Below, piece after piece: positions 34,176 through 43,981 of a stretch of 64,000 nucleotides of DNA. Numbering within the stretch: the first letter of the stretch is position 1; each line of letters begins with the position of its first letter. The stretch covers positions 18,935-82,934 of the forward strand of contig CP140035.1 of the NCBI GenBank assembly GCA_039829955.1, in the 5' to 3' direction. The notes beneath the pieces were generated by a model that did no database searches, was not told the origin of the DNA, and saw only the letters and a program-made list of their open reading frames with translations. Source of the DNA: Buchnera aphidicola (Nurudea shiraii). Lineage in GTDB: Bacteria; Pseudomonadota; Gammaproteobacteria; Enterobacterales; Enterobacteriaceae. A program made the translations under genes and the position numbers.

Positions 34176-34871
34176 TTGTTTGAAGAAGTTGAATTAATAT
34201 GGAATCAAATTTTGTCTGAAGTTCAAATTCTTTGTGAGCGAGAAATTTTATTATTAGGGTTTTATCATTCTTATATATTAAATCACAAAAATTTTGGTAC
34301 AGCATTAAGCTATATGTTGTCTAACAAATTAGGAAATAAAGTTATTTCTGCTATTTTTTTAAGAGATATAATACAACGAATATATGATGCTAATTTTGAT
34401 ATCATTTTTTCAGCGATAAAAGATATACAAGCAATACATGAAACAGATTTATCAGACACTTGTTATGCTATTTCATTTTTGTATTCAAAAGAGTTTCATG
34501 CATTACAAGCATATCGTATAAGTAATTTTTTTTGGAATTCCGGTAGAAAAGAATTAGCTATATATTTTCAAAACTGTATTTCATTTGTATTTTCTATAGA
34601 TATTCATCCTAAATCATTAATTGAAAATGGAATTGTATTAAGTCATACTTCTGGAATTGTTATTGGAAGAAAAGCAGAAATGGAGAATCGTTTTTCTAAT
34701 CCAAAATTAACAAATTTTAAAAGAACTAAAATAATAAAAGACATTCTTTGTCCAAAAATTTATTCGGGAGTAACAATAGGGTCTGGAGTAATAATATTAG
34801 GTAATGTTGAAATAGGACCAAATGTAAGTATTAGTCCAGGAACAGTAGTGTTAACATCTATATATGTTTAA
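34176..34871 (+). CDS. cysE: Serine O-acetyltransferase homologue, divergent and C-terminally short (possibly decaying)
   Basis: (M)FEEVELIWNQI...FYHSYILNHKNFGTALSYMLSNKL...FHALQAYRISNFFWNSGRKELAIYFQN...DIHP...GVTIGSGVIILGNVEIG is collinear with E. coli CysE. There is no ATG: TTG at 34176 has GGAG 6 nt upstream (the ORF track starts at TTG 34155). 231 aa versus 273. Confidence 0.8.
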   Translation: MFEEVELIWNQILSEVQILCEREILLLGFYHSYILNHKNFGTALSYMLSNKLGNKVISAIFLRDIIQRIYDANFDIIFSAIKDIQAIHETDLSDTCYAISFLYSKEFHALQAYRISNFFWNSGRKELAIYFQNCISFVFSIDIHPKSLIENGIVLSHTSGIVIGRKAEMENRFSNPKLTNFKRTKIIKDILCPKIYSGVTIGSGVIILGNVEIGPNVSISPGTVVLTSIYV

Positions 34872-35047
34872 TAATATAGTATAGTTTTATATATTTTTAA
34901 AAGTTAAATTTATTTAATATTGTAATAGTAATTTAAAATAAGTTCAATTAGATATAAAGTAGTTATAATAGTTTTATTTTATATAATTTTTGAAATACAA
35001 AAATTTAAATAACGTTTAAAATATTAATACAAAAATGTTATTTTGAA

Positions 35048-35086
35048 CAAATTAAAGCTTCCTTTTCAATAGGAAGCTTTAATTTG
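35048..35086. terminator. Bidirectional terminator-like hairpin between convergent cysE and rpoD
   Basis: Perfect 16-bp stem CAAATTAAAGCTTCCT (35048-35063) / AGGAAGCTTTAATTTG (35071-35086), 7-nt loop, T-rich flanks on both strands. Confidence 0.6.
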
Positions 35087-35113
35087 ACTTAATTTTATAA
35101 AAATGTTGTTTAT

Positions 35114-36952
35114 TTAGTCATCTAAAAAACTACGAAGGATTTCCGATCTACTAGGATGTCGTAGTTTTCGTAAAGCTTTAGCCTCTATTTGACGTATTCT
35201 TTCACGAGTAACATCAAATTGCTTTCCGACTTCTTCTAAAGTATGATCTGTGTTCATATCTATTCCAAATCTCATTCGGAGTACTTTAGCTTCTCGAGCT
35301 GTTAATCCTGCTAAAACATTATGCGTAGCAGATCGTAAATTTTCTGAAGTAGCAGAATCTAAAGGCAATTCTAATGTAGTATCTTCTATAAAATCTCCTA
35401 AATGAGAATCATCGTCTTCTCCAACAGGAGTTTCCATTGATATTGGTTCTTTTGCTATTTTTAATATTTTTCGTATTTTTTCTTCTGGAATTGACATATG
35501 TTCTGATAACTCTTCAGGTGTTGGTTCTCGACCTATTTTTTGTAATATTTGTCTAGAAATACGATTTAATTTGTTAATTGTTTCAATCATATGTACTGGT
35601 ATTCTAATAGTTCTTGCTTGATCGGCAATAGAACGCGTGATTGCTTGCCTTATCCACCAAGTAGCATATGTTGAAAATTTGTATCCTCTTCGATATTCAA
35701 ATTTATCGACAGCTTTCATTAATCCTATGTTACCTTCTTGAATCAAATCTAAAAATTGAAGTCCTCTGTTTGTATATTTTTTTGCAATTGAAATAACTAA
35801 TCTTAAATTAGCTTCTACCATTTCTTTTTTTGCTTTTTTTGCTTTTTGTTCCCCTATAGATATTTTTTTATTAATGTCTTTAATTTGTTTTATAGTAAGT
35901 CCTGTGGTTTTCTCAATTTTAATTAGTTCTTCTATAATAGAGTTTAGTTTTTCTTTAATTGTATTAAGCTTTTCAAACCATGGATATGTTTTATATTTAG
36001 ATAATTTTTTCCATATTTTTTTAATTTTTATTGTAAGAAATTCTTCGAAAATTTTTTTAGGAATAGAACAGTTTTTTAAACACAATATTTTTATAATTTT
36101 TTCTTTCGTTTGAATTCGTTGCATCATGCGTTGCATGTTTTTAACTAAAAAATCGAATTGTTTGGGAGCTAGTCTGAATTGTTTAAAAATTTCTGATAAA
36201 TTTTGAATTTCAATTATTGAATCATGATGATGTCTTTTTTTATTTTTTAGTACATTTTTAGTTTTTTTGTATTGATTTTTTAATTCATGAAACTTCTCCC
36301 GAGCTAATTCTGGATCGATTTGATTATTATTTTCGTTAGTATCATCTAAGCTATCATCATCATTATTGTGAATATTTTCTTCTTCTGAAAAATTAGTTCC
36401 AATGTGATGTGAAATAGGCGAAAAAAATTCTTCTAAATTAGGATCAACAAATCCATTAATTAGGTCAGTTAGTTTAAGTTCTCCTAGTTCTACTCTCTGG
36501 TATTGTTTTAATAGATAAACAATTGATTTTGGGTATTCTGCTACAGAACATTGAACTTGATTAATTCCTTCTTCTATTCGTTTAGCTATATCGATTTCTC
36601 CTTCTCTAGTTAATAAATCTACCGTTCCCATTTCTCGCATATACATTCTTACGGGATCAGTAGTTCGTCCTAACTCAGAGTTTACATTAGATAATACTTG
36701 TGCAGCTGCTTCTACTGCATCTTCATCCGTATCTGTATGTCTTATTTCTTGTAGTATAAGATCATCAGAATCTGGTGCTTCTTCTACTACTTGAATACCC
36801 ATATCATTGATCATTTGAATGATATCTTCTATTTGATCTGAATTAATTATATCATTTGGCAAGTGGTCGTGCACTTCAGTATAAGTTAGATATCCTTGTT
36901 CTTTTCCATGAGTAACTAGTAGTTTAAGTTGTAATTGTGGATTTTGCTCCAT
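35114..36952 (-). CDS. rpoD: RNA polymerase sigma-70
   Basis: 612 aa; regions 2-4 near-identical to E. coli RpoD ([59 protein letters not shown]..., [26 protein letters not shown]). Confidence 0.99.
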   Translation of the reverse strand: MEQNPQLQLKLLVTHGKEQGYLTYTEVHDHLPNDIINSDQIEDIIQMINDMGIQVVEEAPDSDDLILQEIRHTDTDEDAVEAAAQVLSNVNSELGRTTDPVRMYMREMGTVDLLTREGEIDIAKRIEEGINQVQCSVAEYPKSIVYLLKQYQRVELGELKLTDLINGFVDPNLEEFFSPISHHIGTNFSEEENIHNNDDDSLDDTNENNNQIDPELAREKFHELKNQYKKTKNVLKNKKRHHHDSIIEIQNLSEIFKQFRLAPKQFDFLVKNMQRMMQRIQTKEKIIKILCLKNCSIPKKIFEEFLTIKIKKIWKKLSKYKTYPWFEKLNTIKEKLNSIIEELIKIEKTTGLTIKQIKDINKKISIGEQKAKKAKKEMVEANLRLVISIAKKYTNRGLQFLDLIQEGNIGLMKAVDKFEYRRGYKFSTYATWWIRQAITRSIADQARTIRIPVHMIETINKLNRISRQILQKIGREPTPEELSEHMSIPEEKIRKILKIAKEPISMETPVGEDDDSHLGDFIEDTTLELPLDSATSENLRSATHNVLAGLTAREAKVLRMRFGIDMNTDHTLEEVGKQFDVTRERIRQIEAKALRKLRHPSRSEILRSFLDD

Positions 36953-37077
36953 AAGATGATATCCATATTTTATTAAGATAGAGAATATATTAATTATATC
37001 GAAAACAGATTTTTATATAAATATTTTCAAATTTTTTATAAATATTTCATATAGTATTTAATTTAAAAGTGGTTATT

Positions 37078-38847
37078 TTAGATTTTTGATTTTAATAAAT
37101 CGCATTTTGTTAATTTCTTGTTAATTAACCATAATTCATATTTTTCGTGTTTTTCAAGTCCTGTTTTTCTTTCTTTGATAATTAGTTCATTTTTTTTATT
37201 TTCTAATGTTCTATTATAAAGGTTCTTTAATGAATCTAAGAAAACTCGATGTATTTGATTTTTTGAGATCATATGATTCCAGACAGATAATTGACTCAAT
37301 TTTTTAAAGATTTTTGTATTCCTATACATTTCTAGAATTTGACCAGTGTTAGAATTAGGAAACATAATACATTTTTTTACTAAATCTAAAAATATAATAG
37401 ATCCTATTGAATTAAAACTTTTTAAAAACTTTGTTGATGGAATAGTATGTGCTAATTTCGGATTTTGTAGTAGAAGTACGACTAAAATACGTATAGTTAT
37501 TTGTTGCGTTTTTTTTTGATTTTTATTTTCCTTAAAAAGTATCTGATGCGATTTTACAGTATGTAATTTTTTTAAAATGTTTAAATCTGGAATACCTATT
37601 CTATTTCCTAACTTGTGAAGTAAATGTATTCGTGTAATTTTTCCTGGAATTTGATTTATTAGAGGAATTGTTTTAGAACCTAAGTAAAAACGTTCATTTA
37701 TTGAGCTTAGATCTATATTTTCAAATAGTTTTTTTAGCAAAAATTCTGATAATGTTGTAGCATTTTTTATGCGTTTTGCAAAATTTTCTTTTCCTTCTTT
37801 TCTTATAATTGTATCAGGATCTTCACCATGAGGTAAAAATATAAATTTAATATATTTTCCATCTTGAATATAAGGAAAAGTCATTTTTAAAGTTCTCCAA
37901 GCAGCTTTTTCTCCTGCAAGATCTCCATCATAGCAATATATAATAGTATCTGTAGTTCTAAATAGTAGTTGTATTTGATGATTTGTGATAGATGTTCCTA
38001 ACACAGCAATTGAATAATTAATATTAAATTGATAGAGTGTTATGACATCTAAATATCCTTCGACTACTAATATTTTTTTTGGTTTTGGATTGTGTTGTAA
38101 AATTTCGAACAAGCCATATATATTTCGACTTTTTTGAAATATTTCTGTTTCAGGAGAATTAATATATTTAGGAGTACTTTTATTGATTGATCTTCCTCCA
38201 AACCCAATGACTTTTCCGTTTTTATTTCTAATTGGAAAAATTATTCTTTCTTGTAATCGATCATATTTATATCCGTTTTTATTAATTAATAACATGCCTA
38301 CATTAATTAGTTCTTGCAACTTAAAATTATTAGAGGTTATTATTTTTTTTATGCTATTTAACTTTTTAGTAGAAAATCCTATTTTAAAAAACTGAATCAT
38401 AGATATACTAATTCCACGACTTTTTAAATATTTATATGCATATTGTTCTTTAAATATGTTTTTATGATAGATATTAGATAAAGTTTCTGTTACGACATAT
38501 AAATTATTACGTTTTTCGTGACTAAAAAAATTGGAAAGATATTTTTTTTTATATGGAATGCTTAGTCCGTTAATATTTGCTAGTTCTTCAATACTTTCTA
38601 TAAACGTTAGTTTATCGTAATGTATAAGGAAGTCGATTGCGTTTCCGTGTACATTACATCCAAAACAATAATAAAATTGTTTCTCACTGTTTACAGTAAA
38701 AGACGGTGTTTTTTCTTGATGAAAAGGGCAATGTGTATTGTAATTTTTTCCAATTTTTTTGAGAGGTATTCTAGTTTTTATTACATCAATAATATTAGTT
38801 TGATGTAATAATTCGTTAATAAAGTATTTTGGAATTATTCCTTTCAT
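37078..38847 (-). CDS. dnaG: DNA primase
   Basis: 589 aa; zinc ribbon CPFHQEKTPSFTVNSEKQFYYCFGC, TOPRIM region (VVEGYLDVI). Lies between rpsU and rpoD as in the E. coli macromolecular synthesis operon. Confidence 0.96.
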   Translation of the reverse strand: MKGIIPKYFINELLHQTNIIDVIKTRIPLKKIGKNYNTHCPFHQEKTPSFTVNSEKQFYYCFGCNVHGNAIDFLIHYDKLTFIESIEELANINGLSIPYKKKYLSNFFSHEKRNNLYVVTETLSNIYHKNIFKEQYAYKYLKSRGISISMIQFFKIGFSTKKLNSIKKIITSNNFKLQELINVGMLLINKNGYKYDRLQERIIFPIRNKNGKVIGFGGRSINKSTPKYINSPETEIFQKSRNIYGLFEILQHNPKPKKILVVEGYLDVITLYQFNINYSIAVLGTSITNHQIQLLFRTTDTIIYCYDGDLAGEKAAWRTLKMTFPYIQDGKYIKFIFLPHGEDPDTIIRKEGKENFAKRIKNATTLSEFLLKKLFENIDLSSINERFYLGSKTIPLINQIPGKITRIHLLHKLGNRIGIPDLNILKKLHTVKSHQILFKENKNQKKTQQITIRILVVLLLQNPKLAHTIPSTKFLKSFNSIGSIIFLDLVKKCIMFPNSNTGQILEMYRNTKIFKKLSQLSVWNHMISKNQIHRVFLDSLKNLYNRTLENKKNELIIKERKTGLEKHEKYELWLINKKLTKCDLLKSKI

Positions 38848-38927
38848 GCCATTTTAAGAGTATTATATTATGACCGAACTTAAATACAGTACGGTCGGTT
38901 AGTTAATTTATATTATGACAATTAAAA

Positions 38928-39143
38928 TTAATACATTCGAATTCTTTTTAGATTTTCTCTAGAAAGTTTTTTAGTTAAACGTTTAATTGCAGATGCTTTT
39001 GCTCGTTTCCGTTTAGTAGTAGGTTTTTCATAAAATTCTCTTCTTCTAATTTCTGATAAAATTCCAGCTTTTTCGCAAGATCTTTTAAATCTTCTTAAAG
39101 CTACATCAAAAGGCTCATTTTCGCGTATTTTAATTATTGGCAT
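38928..39143 (-). CDS. rpsU: 30S ribosomal protein S21
   Basis: 71 aa from ATG 39143: [43 protein letters not shown]..., near-identical to E. coli S21. The ORF-track start at 39191 adds 16 non-homologous residues. Confidence 0.96.
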   Translation of the reverse strand: MPIIKIRENEPFDVALRRFKRSCEKAGILSEIRRREFYEKPTTKRKRAKASAIKRLTKKLSRENLKRIRMY

Positions 39144-39384
39144 AATTATATAAGTTCCTTTATTAAATTTTAAATTTTTAAATATATACAAAATAAAATT
39201 TGTTAAGAAGATATTAACATTATATTTAAAATTATATGTAAAGTATTATAATTATATGTTTTATAAAATAATTTAAATTAGTTTTAATTTATATTTATAT
39301 TTTTTGAAAAATAAAATAGTAAAATATAATTAAATATAAAGTATATTAAGTTTTAAATATGAATATATTAAGGTAAAAATATAT

Positions 39385-40398
39385 ATGCGAGTATTAGGAA
39401 TTGAAACATCTTGCGACGATACTGGAATTGCAATATATGATAGTGTTAAAGGAATTATTGCAAATAAGCTATATAATCAGTCTTATTTTCATAATTTTTA
39501 CGGTGGTGTAGTTCCTGAATTAGCTTCCCAAAAACATCTTGAGGTTTTAGCTACATTAATCAAAGATATGTTAAAAGAATTTAATGTTAATAAGTATTCT
39601 ATAGATGGAATTGCTTATACAGCTGGACCAGGATTAGTAGGTTCTTTGTTAGTGGGAGCATCTTTATCTACTGCATTAGCTTTTTCTTTAAGTATACCTA
39701 CTATTTTAGTGAATCATATGGAAGGTCATTTATTAACTCCTATGTTGGAATTTAAAAAACTTAAATTTCCATTTGTTGGATTGTTAGTATCTGGAGGACA
39801 TACGCAATTAGTAAATGCATTCGGTATTGGAAAATATGAGTTATTAGGTACATCATTGGATGATGCTGTAGGTGAAGCGTTTGATAAAGTAGCTAAATTA
39901 TTGGGATTAAGTTATCCAGGAGGTCCTAGTTTATCTAAATTAGCAAAATTAGGAAAATCTGGTCGTTTTCATTTTCCAAGACCTATGATAAATCAAAAAA
40001 ATTTAGATTTTAGTTTTTCTGGTTTAAAAACTTTTGTTTCTAACGTTATTAAATTGCACAAGAATAATTTTCAAACTAGAGCAGATATTGCTAAAGAATT
40101 CGAAAATGCAGCTACAGATATTTTAGTATCAAAGAGCAAAAAAGCTTTGAAACAGTTAAATTATTCTACTTTAGTAGTATCTGGAGGGGTAAGTTTAAAT
40201 TCAAATTTAAGAAAGAAAATTAATATTATGATTAGTGATTTTCAAGGAAAAGTATTTTATCCCAGATTAGATCTATGTACTGATAATGGAGCAATGATAG
40301 CATATGTAGGTATGCTTAGGTTAAAAAAGTTTAGTAATTTTGATTTAAAAATTTCTGTACATCCTAAGTGGTCTATTACTGATGTAGATCCAGTGTAG
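39385..40398 (+). CDS. tsaD: tRNA N6-adenosine threonylcarbamoyltransferase TsaD (YgjD/Gcp)
   Basis: 337 aa; MRVLGIETSCDDTGIAIYD, NHMEGHLL, SGGHTQL, SGGVSLN. Divergent from rpsU as in E. coli. Confidence 0.95.
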   Translation: MRVLGIETSCDDTGIAIYDSVKGIIANKLYNQSYFHNFYGGVVPELASQKHLEVLATLIKDMLKEFNVNKYSIDGIAYTAGPGLVGSLLVGASLSTALAFSLSIPTILVNHMEGHLLTPMLEFKKLKFPFVGLLVSGGHTQLVNAFGIGKYELLGTSLDDAVGEAFDKVAKLLGLSYPGGPSLSKLAKLGKSGRFHFPRPMINQKNLDFSFSGLKTFVSNVIKLHKNNFQTRADIAKEFENAATDILVSKSKKALKQLNYSTLVVSGGVSLNSNLRKKINIMISDFQGKVFYPRLDLCTDNGAMIAYVGMLRLKKFSNFDLKISVHPKWSITDVDPV

Positions 40399-40505
40399 TA
40401 CATTAGGTGAATGTGTAAATGTTTTGTATGTGCTATATAAAATATAATAATTAATATTTAATTAATGAAAAATAGATTAGATACAATTTAACAATTTAGT
40501 TTTTA

Positions 40506-41141
40506 TTATTTGTAGTTTTTGATGTATTTTTTTAAATCTTGAATAGTTAAAATTGGGATTTTATGTACTTTAGAAAATATAATAATTTCAGATAATTTTG
40601 ACATAGATCCGTCTTTATTGACTAGTTCACATAATATTCCAGCAGGTTTAAATCCTGCTAAAGTAACTAGTTCTATTGTTGCTTCTGTATGTCCAGATCT
40701 TCCAAAAATACCATTTTTATGTGCTTGTAATGGGAATACATGACCAGGTCTATTGAGATCTTTTGGTTTTGCATTGTCTTTTATAGCTGTTCGAATAGTA
40801 GTGATTCTATCTTTTGCAGATACTCCGGTTGATATTCCTTGAGAAGCTTCTATAGTTACAGTAAAATTAGTTTTAAATTTACTAGTGTTATTTTTTACCA
40901 TAAATGGTAATTTTAATTGTTTTCGTTTAGATTCAGTAATACACAAACATACTATTCCACTTCCGTATCGAATTGTTAGTGCCATTTGTTTTATAGTCAT
41001 TACTTCTGCTGGAAAAATTAAATCACCTTCGTTTTCGCGATTTATATCGTCTAAAACTATTGCTCCATTTCCTAATTTAAGAGATTTAATTGCGATTTGA
41101 ACGCGTTTTTGTGGAGTAATAGAAAAAAAAGAATTATACAT
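40506..41141 (-). CDS. ribB: 3,4-dihydroxy-2-butanone-4-phosphate synthase
   Basis: 211 aa; [32 protein letters not shown]. Confidence 0.95.
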   Translation of the reverse strand: MYNSFFSITPQKRVQIAIKSLKLGNGAIVLDDINRENEGDLIFPAEVMTIKQMALTIRYGSGIVCLCITESKRKQLKLPFMVKNNTSKFKTNFTVTIEASQGISTGVSAKDRITTIRTAIKDNAKPKDLNRPGHVFPLQAHKNGIFGRSGHTEATIELVTLAGFKPAGILCELVNKDGSMSKLSEIIIFSKVHKIPILTIQDLKKYIKNYK

Positions 41142-41324
41142 TTTATTTCAGCCTCATTAATGGTAATAATGTTATTTTAAATTAGAATGATTGCATGAGA
41201 AGTATAATTGAAAATTGTTTTATTGTATATTTTAATACATTATGATTTTTGTTTAAAAACAAAATATTTGTATATTTTTAAAATATTGTTAATAATTTTT
41301 GATTAATATATTAAAAGGTTATTT

Positions 41325-42569
41325 ATGAAAATATATTTAGTTGGAGGTGCTGTTCGAAATAAATTATTACATATCCCTATTAAAGATAGAGATTGGGTGG
41401 TTACTGGAGCTACTCCAAAAATGTTATTAGATTTGAATTTTAAACAAGTAGGAAAAGATTTTCCTGTCTTTTTGCATCCTAATAGTAAAGAAGAATATTC
41501 ATTGGCAAGAATTGATAAAAAGACTGGAGTAGGGTACACAGGGTTTACATCATACTTTTCTAAGAAAACTACTTTAAAAGAAGATTTAATACGAAGAGAT
41601 TTAACGATTAACTCTATAGCTCAAGATAAAAATGGAATTTATATTGATTTTTTTGGTGGATTAAAAGATCTTAGAAATAAAATTTTGCGTCACATTTCTT
41701 TTTCTTTTTGTGAAGATCCTTTAAGAGTATTTAGAGTAGCACGATTTTCTGCAGAATTCAATCATTTTGGTTTTCAAATTGCAAAAGAAACTATGCAACT
41801 TATGACTAATATGGTCAAAAATAAAGAATTATTGTACTTAACTAAAAGTCGAATTTGGAGAGAAACAGAAAAAGCATTAAAGACATCTAATCCTCATGTA
41901 TATTTTCAAATTTTATATTATTGCGGCGCTTTATCTTTAGTTTTTCCGGAAATTAATATGGTGTGTCAGTTTGAATTTCAAAAAATTTTTAGATATTTTA
42001 AAAATTTTTATTTTAAGTTTAATTTTTTTTTCGAAATTGCAAGGATATCTAATTTAATTTTTGATGTAGATATTAAGTTTTCTTATTTATGTAATATAAT
42101 TTGTCGATTTCAAGAACAAAATGTTTGCGATTTTTTATTTGAAATATATGATAAATTTTCAAATCAATTTGTGAAAAAAATATGTAAACGTTTATATATT
42201 CCTTCTTATATAAAAGATTTGTCTGTTATTTTTTCTAGTTGCTTCAAATTTTTACGCATTATTCATTTCCAATCATCAAAAGATATTATTATTTTTTTTA
42301 ATAAAACAGATGTGTGGAGAAAGCCTATTAGAATTAAAAAGTTATCTATTTTAATTAATTTATATATATGTAATTTTGAGAATAAAAAACTTCAAAATTC
42401 ATGTCAAGGGAAGTTTCTTAAGAATGCTTTTAATATTGCTAATAAAATTTCTATTAAACCAATTTTACATCTAGGATTTATAGGAATAGAAATACGAAAC
42501 GAGTTGGATCGTTTAAGAATTATTGCAATTGATGAGTGGAGACGTAATTTAAATAATTTAGAAATTTAG
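41325..42569 (+). CDS. cca: tRNA CCA-adding nucleotidyltransferase; C-terminal HD domain degenerate
   Basis: [26 protein letters not shown] matches E. coli [34 protein letters not shown] is present. At the position of E. coli VDVRFATLCHDLGK it reads [14 protein letters not shown]. The 3' end overlaps uppP by 12 nt (convergent). Confidence 0.92.
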   Translation: [414 protein letters not shown]

Positions 42570-43373
42570 AAAGGTAATAATACAGGATAGTGAAATTCGA
42601 TAAATAATAAATGGTATAAAAGAACAAACGCTAATTTTTTTCAAGCATTTTTTTATAAAAATTGCAGATGTAATAAAAGAGGATAACCAACCTATTAAAA
42701 AAAAAGTAATATTATGTAATGTTATAATTTGAAGATTATTATATAAATCTAAAATTATAGCTCCAAAAGAAATTGGAACGGATATAATAAAAGAAAAATA
42801 AGTTGCTTGAAGTTGACTTAATCCTATTAAAATACCTATAGAGATAGTAGAACAAGATCTAGAAACTCCTGGCCATAAAGCTAGACATTGAAAGCATCCT
42901 ATAACACATGATTGTAGTAAACTTATATTTTTATTTTTATTTTTTGTATTTTTCTTAAATATTTCTGACAGAATTAGTAATGTAGAACCAAAGATAAGTG
43001 GAAAAAATATATTTTTAAGATTGAAAAGTTGTTGTATATGTTTATGAAGAAACAATTCTATTAATACTATTGGAATAGTACTAATTACAACATGAAGGTA
43101 TGATAAATTACTTCGAGAATTATAGTTGTCGTTTTTTTTGAAAAATGAATAAAATAATTCAATAAAAGTATTTTTAAAATATAGAAGAATAGATAGAGAT
43201 GTTCCAAATTGTATAAATGAATTTAACATTTTTACTTCGTGCACTTCTATTTTAAAAAATTTAGAAAAAATGATTATGTGACTAGTTGATGAAATAGGAA
43301 AAAATTCTAGTATTCCTCCTATAATTCCTAAAAAAATAGTAATAAATATATGATAAATAGTAGTTGTATACAT
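42558..43373 (-). CDS. uppP: Undecaprenyl-diphosphatase
   Basis: 271 aa polytopic membrane protein; EFFPISSTSH N-terminal motif and PGVSRS motif typical of BacA/UppP. Confidence 0.9.
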   Translation of the reverse strand: MYTTTIYHIFITIFLGIIGGILEFFPISSTSHIIIFSKFFKIEVHEVKMLNSFIQFGTSLSILLYFKNTFIELFYSFFKKNDNYNSRSNLSYLHVVISTIPIVLIELFLHKHIQQLFNLKNIFFPLIFGSTLLILSEIFKKNTKNKNKNISLLQSCVIGCFQCLALWPGVSRSCSTISIGILIGLSQLQATYFSFIISVPISFGAIILDLYNNLQIITLHNITFFLIGWLSSFITSAIFIKKCLKKISVCSFIPFIIYRISLSCIITFLNF

Positions 43374-43427
43374 GTTTATGTTGTTTGGTTATAAAAGTTT
43401 TATGAAATTTTAAAAATTAAATTAAAA

Positions 43428-43461
43428 TAGGTAAAACGGATAAATCATACCGTCTTACCTA
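43428..43461 (-). terminator. Terminator-like hairpin after crr
   Basis: 12-bp stem with one mismatch (TAGGTAAAACGG / CCGTCTTACCTA), 10-nt loop. On the - strand it is followed by ATTTTAATTTAATTTTT. It begins 7 nt after the crr stop. Confidence 0.55.
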
Positions 43462-43467
43462 TAAATC

Positions 43468-43956
43468 TTATTTTTCTATAGAAAAAATTACGTTTTTTCC
43501 GGCAATAATTTGACCTGATTTTTTGTGTATTTTTTTAAATAATTCTATATTAGATATAATTACAGGTGTTATTATAGATTTAGCTGTTTTTTTTAAGAAA
43601 GGTAGATCTAGGTTAATAATAGGATCTCCTATTTTTACAGTTTGATTTTCTTCAGCAAGTTTTTTGAATCCAGATCCTTGTAATTTTATTGTATCTATTC
43701 CAAAATGTACAAAAAGTTCTATATTATGTTCATGTGATTTTATTGAAAAAGCGTGCAATGTTTTAAATATTTTTGCAATAGTTCCATTGATAGGAGATAG
43801 CATAATGTTGCTAGTAGGTAAAATAGCAATTCCATCTCCTACTATTTTTTTTGAAAATACAACGTCTGGTACTGTTTCAAGATTAACAATATTTCCTGAC
43901 AACGGAGCGAAAATATTTATTTTTTTTTTATTGAAAAGATTAGAAAATAAATGCAT
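43468..43956 (-). CDS. crr: PTS glucose-specific EIIA component
   Basis: 162 aa from ATG 43956: [45 protein letters not shown]...HAFSI...[10 protein letters not shown] matches E. coli Crr. In-frame A10 tract (43920-43929 as T). Confidence 0.94.
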   Translation of the reverse strand: MHLFSNLFNKKKINIFAPLSGNIVNLETVPDVVFSKKIVGDGIAILPTSNIMLSPINGTIAKIFKTLHAFSIKSHEHNIELFVHFGIDTIKLQGSGFKKLAEENQTVKIGDPIINLDLPFLKKTAKSIITPVIISNIELFKKIHKKSGQIIAGKNVIFSIEK

Positions 43957-43981
43957 ATTGCTTCCTGTTAATAATTTTTTA

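Noticed and set aside
38871-38897. Possible rpsU-dnaG attenuator hairpin (GACCG ... CGGTC)
   Set aside because: There are only 5 contiguous base pairs with a 15-nt loop and no T run. This is not distinguishable from chance, although E. coli has a terminator at this position.
41142-41324. FMN riboswitch (RFN element) expected upstream of ribB
   Set aside because: The 183-nt ribB-cca spacer is almost pure A/T and has none of the conserved GC-rich RFN helices. The element appears absent, though I could not run a covariance model.
41303-41539. 78-aa minus-strand ORF overlapping the cca start
   Set aside because: It is antisense to the best-conserved part of cca and has no homologue. ribB already accounts for the minus-strand gene in this divergent pair.
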